A DNA stretch of 63,399 nt, counting the filler, from Chiloscyllium plagiosum (Eukaryota), in the NCBI RefSeq assembly GCF_004010195.1. It is 5 parts of one record of this genome, joined end to end, with 100 filler letters (N's around TTAATTAATTAA, not from the genome) between each part and the next. Parts side by side here need not be neighbours in the genome. Positions count along the whole stretch, not along the records: positions 1 to 15,373 come from NC_057710.1; 4 more parts are not named here. One strand, given 5' to 3'. Both the position numbers and the translations under genes were made by a program. Under the pieces are notes generated by a model, which had not been told where the DNA came from, searched no databases, and saw nothing but the letters and a program-made list of their open reading frames with translations. Numbering within the stretch: position 1 is the stretch's first letter; every line of letters begins with the position of its first letter. Below, in pieces: positions 1 to 11,285 of the stretch.

Positions 1-900
1 GTCTCAACATTGAATTCAACAACTTCAGATGATTATCCCATCTCCACCCTCCTGTTTTCATTCTTCTCCGTAATTTTATTTTATTGTATTTATCTTTTTA
101 AATATTATTTGTTCACTGTTCTGTATCTCGTATTTTTTGATTGTCTCCCTTTCTCTCGCTTCCCACTCTTTCATCACCTTTTTCCTCACCTCTTCCCCCT
201 TTGCTACCTCCTCTCCTGTTTTCCATTTTGCCTCTGCTTCGTCCATCCCCCCCACCCCCCACTTATTTTGTCACATAGCACTGGCTTTAGCATTGGTCAT
301 CACAACTCCTAATCTCCCTATAATCTCTCTATGCACTGCCATTATCACTTCTTTATTGCTACGTTTGCTTCTGGAACCATGACTCACCTTCTCTCTGCCT
401 CGTATAAATTCCTCCCGATTGCTCGTTTTTTTAGCTTTGACAAAGGGTCATAGGACATAGAAAATTACAGCGCAGTACAGGCCCTTTGGCCCTCGATGTT
501 GCGCCGATCCAAGCCCACCTAACCTACACTTGCCCACTATCCTCCATATGCCTATCCAATGCCCGTTTAAATGCCCATAAAGAGGGAGAGTCCACCACTG
601 TTACTGGCAGGGCATTCTGTGAACTCACGACTCGCTGAGTAAAGAATCTACCCCTAACATCTGTCCTATACCTACCACCCCTTAATTTAAAGCTATGCCC
701 CCTCGTAATAGCTGACTCCATACGTGGAAAAAGGTTCTCATGGTCAACCCTATCTAAACCCCTAATCATCTTGTACAAGTCAGTTAGACTCGAAACGTCA
801 GCTCTTTTCTCTCCTTACAGATGGTTCCAGATTTGCTGAGATTTTCCAGCATTTTCTCTTTTTTGGTTTCAGATTCCAGCATCCGCAGTAATTTGCTTTT
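1..900 (+). mobile_element. Penelope-like element 3' end (ORF end plus 3' UTR/pLTR), split by a CR1 insertion
   Basis: Bases 1-32 read (G)LNIEFNNFR*, the PLE ORF C-terminus. A pyrimidine-rich UTR follows, with an HHR-like motif split between 436-450 and 783-800, then the ccagcatccgcag tail shared with other PLE copies. Confidence 0.75.
451..778 (-). mobile_element. 5'-truncated CR1 LINE 3' end
   Basis: YKMIRGLDRVD...RGHSFKL...FFTQRVV...FKRALD CR1 ORF2 C-terminus; gtca repeated at 447-450 and 779-782. Confidence 0.9.
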
Positions 901-1459
901 ATCCAGTGTTTAACTCGCTGCCACCTCTCTTCCAGGAATTCCTACCCTGAAGAAGTACTNNNNNNNNNNNNNNNNNNNNNNNNNNNNNNNNNNNNNNNNN
1001 NNNNNNNNNNNNNNNNNNNNNNNNNNNNNNNNNNNNNNNNNNNNNNNNNNNNNNNNNNNNNNNNNNNNNNNNNNNNNNNNNNNNNNNNNNNNNNNNNNNN
1101 NNNNNNNNNNNNNNNNNNNNNNNNNNNNNNNNNNNNNNNNNNNNNNNNNNNNNNNNNNNNNNNNNNNNNNNNNNNNNNNNNNNNNNNNNNNNNNNNNNNN
1201 NNNNNNNNNNNNNNNNNNNNNNNNNNNNNNNNNNNNNNNNNNNNNNNNNNNNNNNNNNNNNNNNNNNNNNNNNNNNNNNNNNNNNNNNNNNNNNNNNNNN
1301 NNNNNNNNNNNNNNNNNNNNNNNNNNNNNNNNNNNNNNNNNNNNNNNNNNNNNNNNNNNNNNNNNNNNNNNNNNNNNNNNNNNNNNNNNNNNNNNNNNNN
1401 NNNNNNNNNNNNNNNNNNNNNNNNNNNNNNNNNNNNNNNNNNNNNNNNNNNNNNNNNNN

Positions 1460-2381
1460 GATGGTCATGTTGGGGTAGGGATAGGCCTTTACCCCCAGGC
1501 ATTTGGTCAGGTGCCTGAAGGGGCTTACATTCGAGACCGGGATGGTGACAGCCGAGCCTAAGGCAGCGGCTACCCCGGAGTAGGTACGGCTGGGCCCGGC
1601 GACTTTCGGGCTCGCCATATTCTGCCGCTGGGTATTTGTGCCCCAGGCAGCGGTGGAGGTGGGCCCCTGGTAGCAGCAGTGGTGGAGGCTGTGAGGAGGG
1701 TCCCAAGGCGAGTCACCCAAGGCAAGTCCCAGGCAGCGACAGCGGAGACCTGTCTCAGGCAACAGCAGTAGTGGAAGCAGACCTCGGGCGAGTCCAAGGT
1801 AAGCCCTCGGTCGCAGTGGTGGGGGCAGACCTGTTGGGGAGAGTCCCCGAGGCAAGTCCCAGGCAGCCCCAAAGTCGAGTCCCAGGCGGTAGCGGTGGAG
1901 ATGGGCCCAAGGCGAGTCCCACGCAGCAGCGGTGGAGGCAGGCCTCTGGCAAGTCCTGGGAAGTTCCCTCGGTTGCAGTGGTGGGGGCAGACCTGTTGGG
2001 GAGAGTACCCAAGGCGAGTCCCAGGCAGCGGTGGCGGAGGCAGGCCTCAGACAACAGCAGCAGCGGTGGAGGTCCCGCGAGGGGCCCCAAGGCAAGTCCC
2101 AGGCTGTAGCGAGGCAGGCCCCAAGCAGCAACAGCCGAGGCAGGTCCGGGCAGGGCCCCAGAGACCAGCAGTGGCGAGGCCTAGGCTGCAGCTCCAAAAG
2201 CAGGAGCCAGACCAAAAAGGCTCCCACCTCCTGCCTCTGCCTTCTTTCTCCTTCTTCTTCTTTCTCCCTTCCTACGTAAGGCAGTAGCACAGGGGCAGTG
2301 CCCCTTAGGGAGGAGAGTCCCAGCACGCGCACACAGTCAGTCACTCACTCCTGCCGGCGCGCTGCTGGAAAGTCCCTCTCC
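1460..2381 (-). mobile_element. Tx1/L1-clade LINE 5' end: GC-rich repeated 5' UTR and start of ORF1
   Basis: MASPKVAGPSRTYSGVAA...PFRHLTKCLGVKAYP resembles a Tx1 ORF1 N-terminus and runs into the N gap. The upstream CpG-rich region has internal repeats. Confidence 0.65.
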
Positions 2382-2438
2382 TCCAAGGGCCGGTGCCTGG
2401 ACCTGTTGATGGCCAGTTTGGCCAACATGCCTGCTTAT

Positions 2439-3161
2439 TTTTTTTTCTTCTTTTTTGTATACGTGTGAAACACAGTGAAAGACGCAAAGTGCACGAATGT
2501 TTTTATTCAATTTCCACCACCAGGAAGATAGGAAAACACCCGGGTGGCCAGTGACAAACACTGCCCTTCACATCAAAGGGCAGTGCTGTGTGATCAAAAA
2601 CAGTGAAGGGGAGGGTAGGGACTAAATCAAAATAGAGTTGGAGGGAGAAATGATGCACTCCACTCCCTGCGGCGCCCACCTCTCCCTGAACAACTCCAGG
2701 GTGTTGGTGGACACCGCGTGCTCCTTCTCCAAGGACACCTGGACCCTAATGTAACCGCGGAAGAGGGGCAGGCAGTCGGCCCTAACGACCCCCTCCAAGG
2801 CCCGCTGCCTGGACCTGTTGATGGCCAGTTTGGCCAGGCCCAGGAGCAGATCCACAAGGAGGTCTTCAGACCTGCCCTCCCTCCTCCGTACCGGGTGCCC
2901 AAAGATCAGGAGCGTGGGACTGAAGTGCAGCCAAAAACAGAGGAGAAGGTTTTTCAGAAAATCAAAAAGGGAGTGCAAACGCCCACACCCAATATACACG
3001 TGGTCCACGGACTCCACAGCGCCACAGAACAAGCAGTTGGGCTGGGAGTCCGTGAACCACCGCAATCTGCGGTTGCAGGGGACTGCCGGGTGCAACACCC
3101 TCCACCCCAGATCCCCGAGAGAAAGGGGGAGGACTCCCGTGTAGAGAGCCCTCCACTGGGG
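2439..3161 (-). mobile_element. 5'-truncated Tx1/L1 LINE (ORF2 C-terminal zinc knuckle, 3' UTR, poly-A)
   Basis: CLFCGAVESVDHVYIGC motif; A-rich tail at 2439-2457; 15-bp TSD aacatgcctgcttat at 2424-2438 and 3162-3176. Confidence 0.9.
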
Positions 3162-3240
3162 AACATGCCTGCTTATCTATGTCAGCCAGGATTCCTTGAT
3201 TGGCCCCAATTAAGGATTTCACAGTCAATGGCATCCAGTT
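3162..3240 (-). mobile_element. LTR-like repeat fragment homologous to 15286-15330
   Basis: ttatctatgtcagccaggattccttgattggc aligns with ttatatctgtcagtcaggactccctgtttggc; CCAAT and TATA-like motifs on the minus strand. Confidence 0.45.
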
Positions 3241-3454
3241 GGCTCTCATTTTGATCACTACAGTTTCTTTCTTTGATGCCAGGATGGCTGGGGCCACCCC
3301 ATTCCTAACAGTCACCCATGTCCTCCCATGCACCATAACGTGTGGAGCTTCCTGTCCTTCGCAATTATTGACCCTTTGCATTCCAACATGCTGCCTCCAT
3401 TCCAAAAAATTGACATCCCCAACTTCTTTACTACAACAGTGGCTCCTGATAAAC

Positions 3455-3850
3455 CCATAAGATCATAAGACATAGGAGCAGAATTAGGCCGTTTGGCCCA
3501 TCGAGTCTGCTGCACTATACGACCATGCCTGATATGCTTTTAAACTCCATTCTTCTGCCTTTTCCCCATTAAGTTTGATCCCCTTTCTAATCAAGAACCT
3601 ATCTATCTTTATCGTAAGTGCACTCAATGACTTGGCCTCCACAGCCCTCAGCGGCAATGAGTTCCTGGCTGAAGAAATCCCTCCTCATCTCAGTTCTAAA
3701 GGGTCGTCCCCTCACTCTGAGGCCGTGCCCTGGGGTCTTAGTCTCTCCTACTTGTGGAAACATCTTCTCCACTCTGTCCAGGCCTCTCAGTATTCTGTAA
3801 GTTTTAATCAGAGCCTCCTCTGGACTCCCTCCAAGGTTAGTACATCCCTA
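3455..3850 (-). mobile_element. Decayed CR1 LINE 3' end
   Basis: Short tandem tail (ataagatcataagacatagg) and CR1 ORF2-end sequence. Confidence 0.8.
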
Positions 3851-4025
3851 GATACCAGGCCCAAATGTGCTCTGATCTCCAGCATCTGCAGTCCTCACTT
3901 TCTCCTAAAATCTTACCAACAACCGAGGTCAGACTAATCACCCTATAATTTCCTGTCTTCTGTCTCCTGCCTTATTAAACAGAGGTGTTACATTCACCAT
4001 TTTCCAGCCTCGGGTTGTTTGGTTT

Positions 4026-4325
4026 TGCGCCCACATCTCTTCCCCCCCCCCCTCTCACTTCCCTCCAAGGCCCCAAGGGATCCTTCCATATTCGCCACAG
4101 ATTCACCTGCACCGCCACACACATCATTTACTGCATCCGCTGTATCCGATGTGGCCTCCTCATATTGGGGAGACAGGCCGCCTACTTGCGGAACGTTTCA
4201 GAGAACACCTCTGGGACACCCGGACCAACCAACCCAACCACCCCGTGGTTCAACACTTCAACTCCCCCTGACCTCTCCGCCCCACCTCCACTCCGGCCTA
4301 TCACCCTCACCTTATCACCCTCACC
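4026..4325 (+). mobile_element. Penelope-like (Neptune-type) GIY-YIG endonuclease fragment
   Basis: QGPKGSFHIRHRFTCTATHIIYCIRCIRCGLL, then a frameshifted IGETGR. Confidence 0.85.
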
Positions 4326-5800
4326 TTAACCTCTTTCCATTCCTGTGCATAACCTCACACATTCCCACATTGTATTCCATCTGCCACTTCTTTGCCCACT
4401 CTCCAGGCCTGTCCAAATCCTTCTGTAGCCTCCCCGCTTCCTCAACATTACCTGTCCCTCCACCGATCTTAGTGTCATCTGCAATATTCGCAATAATGCC
4501 CTCAGTTCCTTCATCTAGATTGTGAATGTATAACATGAATAGCTGTGGTCCCAACACTGTCCCCTAATCGCCGGCTTCCATTCTGAAAAATATTCCTTTG
4601 TCCCCACTCTCTGCTTTCTGCCAGTCAGCCAATCCTCTATCTATGCCAGTACCTTGTCCCCAACACCATGGACTCTCATCCTATTTAGCAGATCCCTGTG
4701 TGCCACCTTATCAAATGCTTTCTGGAAATCAAAATAGGTCACATCCACTGGCTCTCCTTTGTCTAACTTGCTCATTACCTCCTCAGAGAATTCTAACAGG
4801 TTTGTCAGACATGACCTCCCCTTGGTGAAGCCGTGCTGACTCAGCCCTATTTTACCATGCACTTCCAAATACTCCATAATCATATCCTTAATAACGGACT
4901 CTAACATCTTACCAATGACTGAGGTCAGGCTAACCGGCCTTTAATGCCCTGTCTTCTGCCTCCCTCCCTTATTAAACAGGGATGGTCCATTTTCCAGTCC
5001 TCTGGGACCCTCCCTGATTCCAGTGAATCCTGAAAGATCACCACCAATGCCTCTGCAATCTCCTCAGCTATCTCCATCAGAACTCTGGGGTGTAGTCCAT
5101 CTGGGTGATCTATCCACCTTCAGACCTTTCAGCTTCCCCAGCACTTTCTCCCTTAGTGATGGCCACTACACTCCCCTCTACCCCCTGACTCTGGTATTCT
5201 TCTGGTGTCTTCCAGTTTATATGGAGGTCAAAGATGGACTGGGTCCGAAGGGACTCGCTGTACAAAGGTCTGGGCAACAGGGGAAAAAATACACCCAATG
5301 CCACCCTCACCCTGATGGCCACCTTTGTGTGTGGCTGCATCAAGCTGTGCGTGGATCCCCGGTACGCAAACACCAAGTGTCACTACGTACTGAGGTTCTA
5401 CCTGTCCCCGGTGTTGCGAAGGATGGGCCTGGCCTCGCTGCTGCAGAACCCTCCGAGTAGTTGGACCGTTCCATATCACCTGTCCTTCTTGGAGAAGTTT
5501 ATGAAGAAAAACACCTTTGACCACAAGTCCATCAGGAAGTGGTCAGCATATAGTGTCCTTTAGACCCTTCGAGAAAAGGAGAGGGCGGATCCTATCGAGC
5601 GGTTCCCTGAGCAGACTGTCAAAGCCATTTCTTTGTTCCCCATTACTACTTCTTCCGATGTCCACTCTTGCCTCTCTCTTACCTTTTAGAAACCTAAAAA
5701 TACTCAAGCAGTCCTTCTTTATATTGCTGGCTAGCTAACTCTCATATTTCATCTTCTCCCCCTTTATTGCTTTTTTTACTTATTCTCTGTTAGTTTTTAG
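4326..5800 (-). mobile_element. CR1 LINE ORF2 reverse-transcriptase region, decayed and interrupted
   Basis: SQHGFTKGRSCLTNLLEF...VDVTYFDFQKAFDKV and LGPQLF...ADDTKIGG motifs. Confidence 0.9.
5229..5630 (+). mobile_element. Tx1/L1 ORF2 internal fragment inserted in CR1
   Basis: DWVRRDSLYKGLGNRGKNTPNA... resembles the post-RT region of L1/Tx1; GC-rich composition like 9540-9890. Confidence 0.7.
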
Positions 5801-5823
5801 AGCTTCCCATTGATTTTCTTTTT

Positions 5824-6365
5824 AATTCATTCATGGGATGTTGGCATCACTGGCTAGGCCAGAGAGCGGTGGGTGTGTGGAACACGTTGCCAGCAGACGT
5901 GGTAGAGAGAGAGAGGCACAGTAGACTCATTTACGATGCGGCTGGACAGATGCATGAGTAGGTGGGGAGCAGAAGGATACTGATGCTTAGGAATTGACCT
6001 AGACAGTACATTTGGATAGGGTCAGGCTTGGAGGGCCAAAGCCTGGGCTGTAAAGTTTCTTTGTTCTTTGTTTATAGCCCATCCCCAATTGCTGAGAGGG
6101 CAGTTAAGAGTCAACTACATTGCTTTGGGTATGTAGTCACATGTAGGCAAAACCAAGTAAGGATGGCTGTTTCCTTCCCTTCGGACATTAGTGGATCGGA
6201 TTTTTTTATCCCCGCTGACAATCGACAACAATTCAATTCTAAATTCCAGACTTTTAAAACTTAATTCAAATTCCACCACCTGCCATGGCGGGTTTCGAAT
6301 CCATGTCCGCAGAATGTTACCTGGGTTTCTGCATTAACTGTCCGCTGATAATACCACCAGGTCCT
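5824..6365 (-). mobile_element. tRNA-derived SINE (second family), interrupted by a CR1 3' fragment at ~5862-6075
   Basis: B-box-like head (gggtttcgaatcc), body ggcagttaagagtcaac and tail attcattcatgggatg; homologous to 16812-17358 and 57600-57900. Confidence 0.75.
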
Positions 6366-7040
6366 TGCCTCCTCAAGGATCTTCACCACATTGTTTGGTT
6401 TTTCTTTTATTTTTATGCTGTCCCTGCCTTCCCTTGTCAGCCATGGTCTTCCCTTATACGTTTCTTCTTCCTGGGGACGTATATCTGCTGTGTCTCCCTG
6501 AATTACTCCCAGAAACCCCTGCCATTGCTGCTTCACCACCTTCCCTGCTGGGCTCCCCTCCCAATCTACGCTGGCCAGCTCCCCCCTCATGTGTTTGTAG
6601 TTACCTTTACTCAATTAGAATACTGTTACACCTAATTCCAGGTTCTCCCTCTGTAAGTGCAGGGTGAATTCTATTATTTTACAGTAACTGCGTCCTAAAG
6701 GTTCCTTCACCTTAAGCTCCCTGATCAACACTGCCTCATTACACATCATTAAATCCGAAACTGCCTGTTCCCTAATGGGTTCTACCATAAGCTCTCTCAA
6801 AATCCTTCTCGTACACATTCCACAAATTCCTTTTCTTGAGATCCGCTACCAACCTGATTTTTTCAGTCCACCCTCACATTGAAGTCCCCCACGATTATTT
6901 TAAAAGTGCCTTTCTTACATGCCTTTTCTAGCTCCAGGTTTATTTTCTGCCCCACATCCTGACTACGCCCTAAACAAAACTCCCAACCTTTTGCATTTTC
7001 CCTTTGCAGTTCCTCATCCCGACTAAATACAAATTCTACA
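6366..7040 (-). mobile_element. CR1 ORF2 APE endonuclease region, decayed
   Basis: EPIREQAVSDL...EPLGRS and KGNYKHMRGELASVDWE motifs. Confidence 0.8.
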
Positions 7041-7059
7041 GCTTCTGACTCTGTGTCAT

Positions 7060-7355
7060 ATAAGGCCCATCAAGTCTGCTCCACCATTTATGGCTGATAG
7101 GTTTTTCAACCTCATTTTCCCGCTTTCTCCCCATAACCTTTGATCCCCTTGGCAACCAAAAACATATCTATTTCTGTCTTAAATAAACTCAATGACCTGG
7201 TCTCTACAGCCTTTTGTGGCAGTGAATTCCACAGATTCACCACTCTCTGGCTGAAGAAGTTTCTCCTGATCTCTGTTCTGAAGGGTCTTCCCTTTACTCT
7301 AAGGCTGTGCCCTCAGGTCCTAGTCTCTCCTATCAATGGATACATCTTCCCAAAA
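7060..7355 (-). mobile_element. CR1 3' end fragment
   Basis: Reverse of the FFSQRVVNLWNSL-type CR1 end. Confidence 0.75.
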
Positions 7356-7399
7356 AGCCACTGTGTCCAGGACATTGGGTATTTTGAAAGTTTCCATCA

Positions 7400-7632
7400 G
7401 AACACATGCACCAGCCAGTTTCGAAACAGTTTCTACCCTACTGTTGTTAGAATATTGAATGGACTCACAAACTCTTAACATCCGCCTGTACCTGTGTTTT
7501 TGATTTTGCCGCTGTTTATCTATTATTTACTATCTATGCTACTCAACTCTGTGATCTGCCTGTATTGCTCGCAAAACAAAACTTTTCACTGTGCCTCGGT
7601 ACACATGACAATAAATTCAATTCAATTCAATT
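7400..7632 (+). mobile_element. Rex1/Babar-type LINE 3' end with (TTCAA)n tail
   Basis: TSQFRNSFYPTVVRILN; same family as 22310-22980. Confidence 0.8.
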
Positions 7633-8431
7633 TCTTACTAACAAGGCAGCCCGATCCTCTCTGTCCATCTGCTTGTCCTCTCGAGACGATGTGTATCCTT
7701 GGATATTTGGTTCCCAGCCTTGATTCCCTTGCACCCACAGCTCTGTGATAACTACAAAATCACAGCTGCCAATTTCAGTCTGTGCTACGAGCTCATTTAC
7801 CTTGTTTCATATACCCCACCCCTTAACTTTCACCCCTTGACCACCATGACTGACCATATCACACACTCCTGACTGATTTGGACAGACAGTCCTGACTCAT
7901 GAGTGATCAGAGTAGGAAAGTGCATGCTAATGAGGTGAGATTAGGTAATAATTACGTGCTAATTCATACAGATGGATGTAAATAGGGTTCATGCCACTCG
8001 CCAGTTACATCTTCGTCTCACTGCTCCAATCTTTGTTTGAGAGTTGGATCATTCCTTTTGAGGGTGAGAATCTCATTTCTGTTGATTTCACCAAATTTCC
8101 CAACTGACTCACTGGTGCCCACATCATTCAGGGGCCACAATGATTCTGCATGGAATAATTGGGTGAAGTCAACATGAAGGAAAAGCATGTTTAACAAACC
8201 TCTTTGAGTTTTTTTGGATATGTTACTTGTAGCAAAGACAAAACCAGTAGATGTGGGCTGTATTTGGATATTCAGAAGGCTGTTGAGAGATGTTCTCTCC
8301 AAAATGGGCTTGGGGAGGGAATCTGCAATTGGATCAGACTGCTCTACACCAACATTGTCAGTGCAGTCTCAATCAATGGGTGGGAATCAGATAGCTTCCC
8401 AGTCAGATCTGGAGTCAGGCAGGGCTGCCTC

Positions 8432-8711
8432 TCTCTCTCTCCCTCACTGAGGACGAACGATCAGTCCTCAGCAAAGGACTCACCTTCATCCCCCTCCGTC
8501 CACGCATCAATGAATTTAATACACGCCGTGACATCGAAAATTCTTCCGTCGCCTCCGCCTCCGCCTCCGAGCTTACTTTCACAATCAGAATTCCCGCCCA
8601 TCTTCCGAGGACCCCTTGGCCCACCCCCAACACACTGCATCCACCTGGACACCCCGTGCTGGCCTATTACCTGCCGTCGACCTCTTCATTTCCAACTGCC
8701 GCCGGGACATT
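8432..8711 (+). mobile_element. Penelope-like ORF N-terminal fragment
   Basis: LTEDERSVLSKGLTFIPLRP...FRRLRLR, the PLE N-terminal LSKGLxF motif. Confidence 0.8.
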
Positions 8712-9114
8712 NNNNNNNNNNNNNNNNNNNNNNNNNNNNNNNNNNNNNNNNNNNNNNNNNNNNNNNNNNNNNNNNNNNNNNNNNNNNNNNNNNNNNNNNN
8801 NNNNNNNNNNNNNNNNNNNNNNNNNNNNNNNNNNNNNNNNNNNNNNNNNNNNNNNNNNNNNNNNNNNNNNNNNNNNNNNNNNNNNNNNNNNNNNNNNNNN
8901 NNNNNNNNNNNNNNNNNNNNNNNNNNNNNNNNNNNNNNNNNNNNNNNNNNNNNNNNNNNNNNNNNNNNNNNNNNNNNNNNNNNNNNNNNNNNNNNNNNNN
9001 NNNNNNNNNNNNNNNNNNNNNNNNNNNNNNNNNNNNNNNNNNNNNNNNNNNNNNNNNNNNNNNNNNNNNNNNNNNNNNNNNNNNNNNNNNNNNNNNNNNN
9101 NNNNNNNNNNNNNN

Positions 9115-9538
9115 AGCCGGTTTCGAAACAGTTTCTACCCTACTGTTGTTAGAATACTGAATGGACTCACAAACTCTTAACATCCGCCTGTACCTGTGTT
9201 TTTGATTTTGCCGCTGTTTACCTATTATTTACTATCCATGCTACTCAACTCTGTGATCTGCCTGTATTGCTCGCAAAACAAAACTTTTCACTGTGCCTCG
9301 GTACACATGACAATAAATTCAATTCAATTCAATTTCTTACTAACAAGGCAGCCCGATCCTCTCTGTCCATCTGCTTGTCCTCTCGAGACGATGTGTATCC
9401 TTGGATATTTAGTTCCCAGCCTTGATTCCCTTGCACCCACAGCTCTGTGATAACTACAAAATCACAGCTGCCAATTTCAGTCTGTGCTACGAGCTCATTT
9501 ACCTTGTTTCATATACCCCACCCCTTAACTTTCACCCC
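9115..9538 (+). repeat. Near-identical copy of ~7413-7837 (Rex1 3' end plus CR1 flank)
   Basis: Direct sequence identity with a few substitutions. Confidence 0.9.
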
Positions 9539-10514
9539 TGTCACACACCTCCTTCTGGAATGTGCCTACGCAGAAGAAGTCTGGAGAGGAATGCAGTGAT
9601 GTTTGTCGAGGTTCGTCCCGAGCAGCGCCGTGACGCGGGACTCCGTGCTCTACGGCCTGTTCCTCAGGACGCACACCGAGACGAACATCAACTGTGCCTG
9701 GAAGATCATCAACTCGGTGAAGGACGCTCTCTGGGTGGTCCGAAACCTGTTGATCTTCCAGCTGAAGGAGATGACCCTGACTGAGTGTTGCAGACTGGCA
9801 CCTTCCAAGGTCCAGGACTACGTGTTGAGGGACACGCTGAAGCTTGGGGCAACTGCCGCCAAGGCGCGGTGGGGAAAGACCACTGTGTAACATCTGCCTG
9901 CCGAAAGAAGAACAGGGGGCCCGCGCAGTCATTTGGGCTCTGCTGAGGCCTCAGCTAAAAATGTAATCGTACAGACCTGTAAATAGGAATGATTACTCTG
10001 TTTCGGTATGCAAACTAATGGAATGTTTACATATATATGGCATGTCCAACTGTGCCAAGGCGCGGTGGGGAAAGACCACCGTGTAACATCTGCCTGCCTA
10101 AAGAAGAACAGGGGGCCCGCGCAGTCATTTGGGCTCTGCTGACGCCTCAGCTCAATGTAATCGTACAGACCTGTAAATAGGGATGGTTACTCTGTTTCGG
10201 TATGCAAACTAATGGAATGTTTACATATGTATGGCATGTCCAACTGTGCAGACCATTAAAGTATTTTATGAATAAAGTATATTTTTGAAATAAAAAAAAT
10301 TCAGAAGGCTGCTGCTAAGGTACCACATACTAAACAATATTGAAACACATGGGATCGGGGTCAGGGTGTAAACTGGTATGAAGTGAGGATTAGTTAAATA
10401 GATACAAACAGAGAATAGGAATAGTTCAGTTCATTCTCTGGATGACAGGCTGATGTTACTGAGGTCCAAAGTGTTAGCCTCACAACTGTCCACAACTTAG
10501 ATCAACCAATTTAT

Positions 10515-10835
10515 GGCAGCATGGTGGCTCAGTGGTTAGCCTTGCTGCCTCCCAGCCCCAGGGACCTGGGTTCGATTCCAGCCTCGGGTGACTGTCTGTG
10601 TGGAGTTTGCACATTCTCCCAGTGTCTGTGTGGGTTTCCTCCGGGTACTCCGGTTTCCTCCCACAGTCCAAAAATGTGCAGGTCTGGTGGATTGCCCATA
10701 GTGTTAGGTGCATTAGTCAGGGCTAAACATAGGGTAGGGGAATGGGTCTGTGTGGGTTATTCTTCAGAGGGTCGATGTGAACTTGTTGGGCCAAATGGCC
10801 TATTTCCACACTGTAGATAACCTGATCTAATCTAA
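10515..10835 (+). mobile_element. HE1-type V-SINE (tRNA-derived)
   Basis: A box tggctcagtgg, B box ggttcgattcc, V-domain gtggagtttgcacattctccc...ggtttcctcc, CR1-derived tail with (TCTAA)n. Confidence 0.9.
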
Positions 10836-11157
10836 TTTAATGTGATATTTCCAAAATTTCAGCCAAAAGCAAAACTAGTTTGGGATGTAGGTTGTGAGGT
10901 TGATGCAATGAGGTTTTAAAGGGATTCTATAAGTACATGAAGAGAAAATGATTAGTGAAGCTAAATATAGGTTCCTTACAGTCAGAAATAGAGGAAGTTG
11001 TAATGGGGAACAGGGATATGGCAATCCAATGAATTACGTATTTTGGTTCTGTCTTCAGAGAGGAAGCCAAAACAAAATGCTGGTGAAGTCAGGGTCTGGA
11101 GAGAGGGATACACTCAAGGAAATCTGTATTAGTCAAAAAATGGTGCAAACAGCAGTG

Positions 11158-11285
11158 TTCTGATGAAGATTCACTGGACTGGAAACATTATCTTTGTGCT
11201 TTCTCCCCACAGATGCTGCCAGACCTGCTGAGTTTCTTCAGCAATTTCCAGCTTCAGATTTCCAGCATTGGCAGTCCTTTGTTTT
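11158..11285 (+). mobile_element. PLE-derived mini-element with degenerate HHR
   Basis: ctgatgaagattcactggactggaaacatt followed by agatgctgccagacctgctgag...ccagca. Confidence 0.75.

Larger units (their letters stand above)
8283..10298 (+). mobile_element. Tx1/L1 LINE: RT fragment 8285-8430, ORF2 C-terminus 9540-9890, duplicated 3' UTR and poly-A; interior disrupted
   Basis: WIRLLY...VSING...VRSGVRQGC RT motif; HLLLECAYAEEVW knuckle end; AATAAA and A-tail at 10271-10299; TSD attcagaaggctg at 8270-8282 and 10299-10311 within a CR1 RT. Confidence 0.85.

Noticed and set aside
899..1459. Long ORFs spanning N runs (also 8.7, 26.8, 28.8, 31.1, 48.3 kb)
   Set aside because: Length is an artefact of X codons.
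7960..8210. Possible Gypsy pol relic (EILTLKRNDPTLK, minus strand)
   Set aside because: Single short motif; insufficient support without a homology search.
10515..10590. tRNA genes
   Set aside because: A/B boxes belong to SINE heads that continue into the V-domain and LINE-derived tail.
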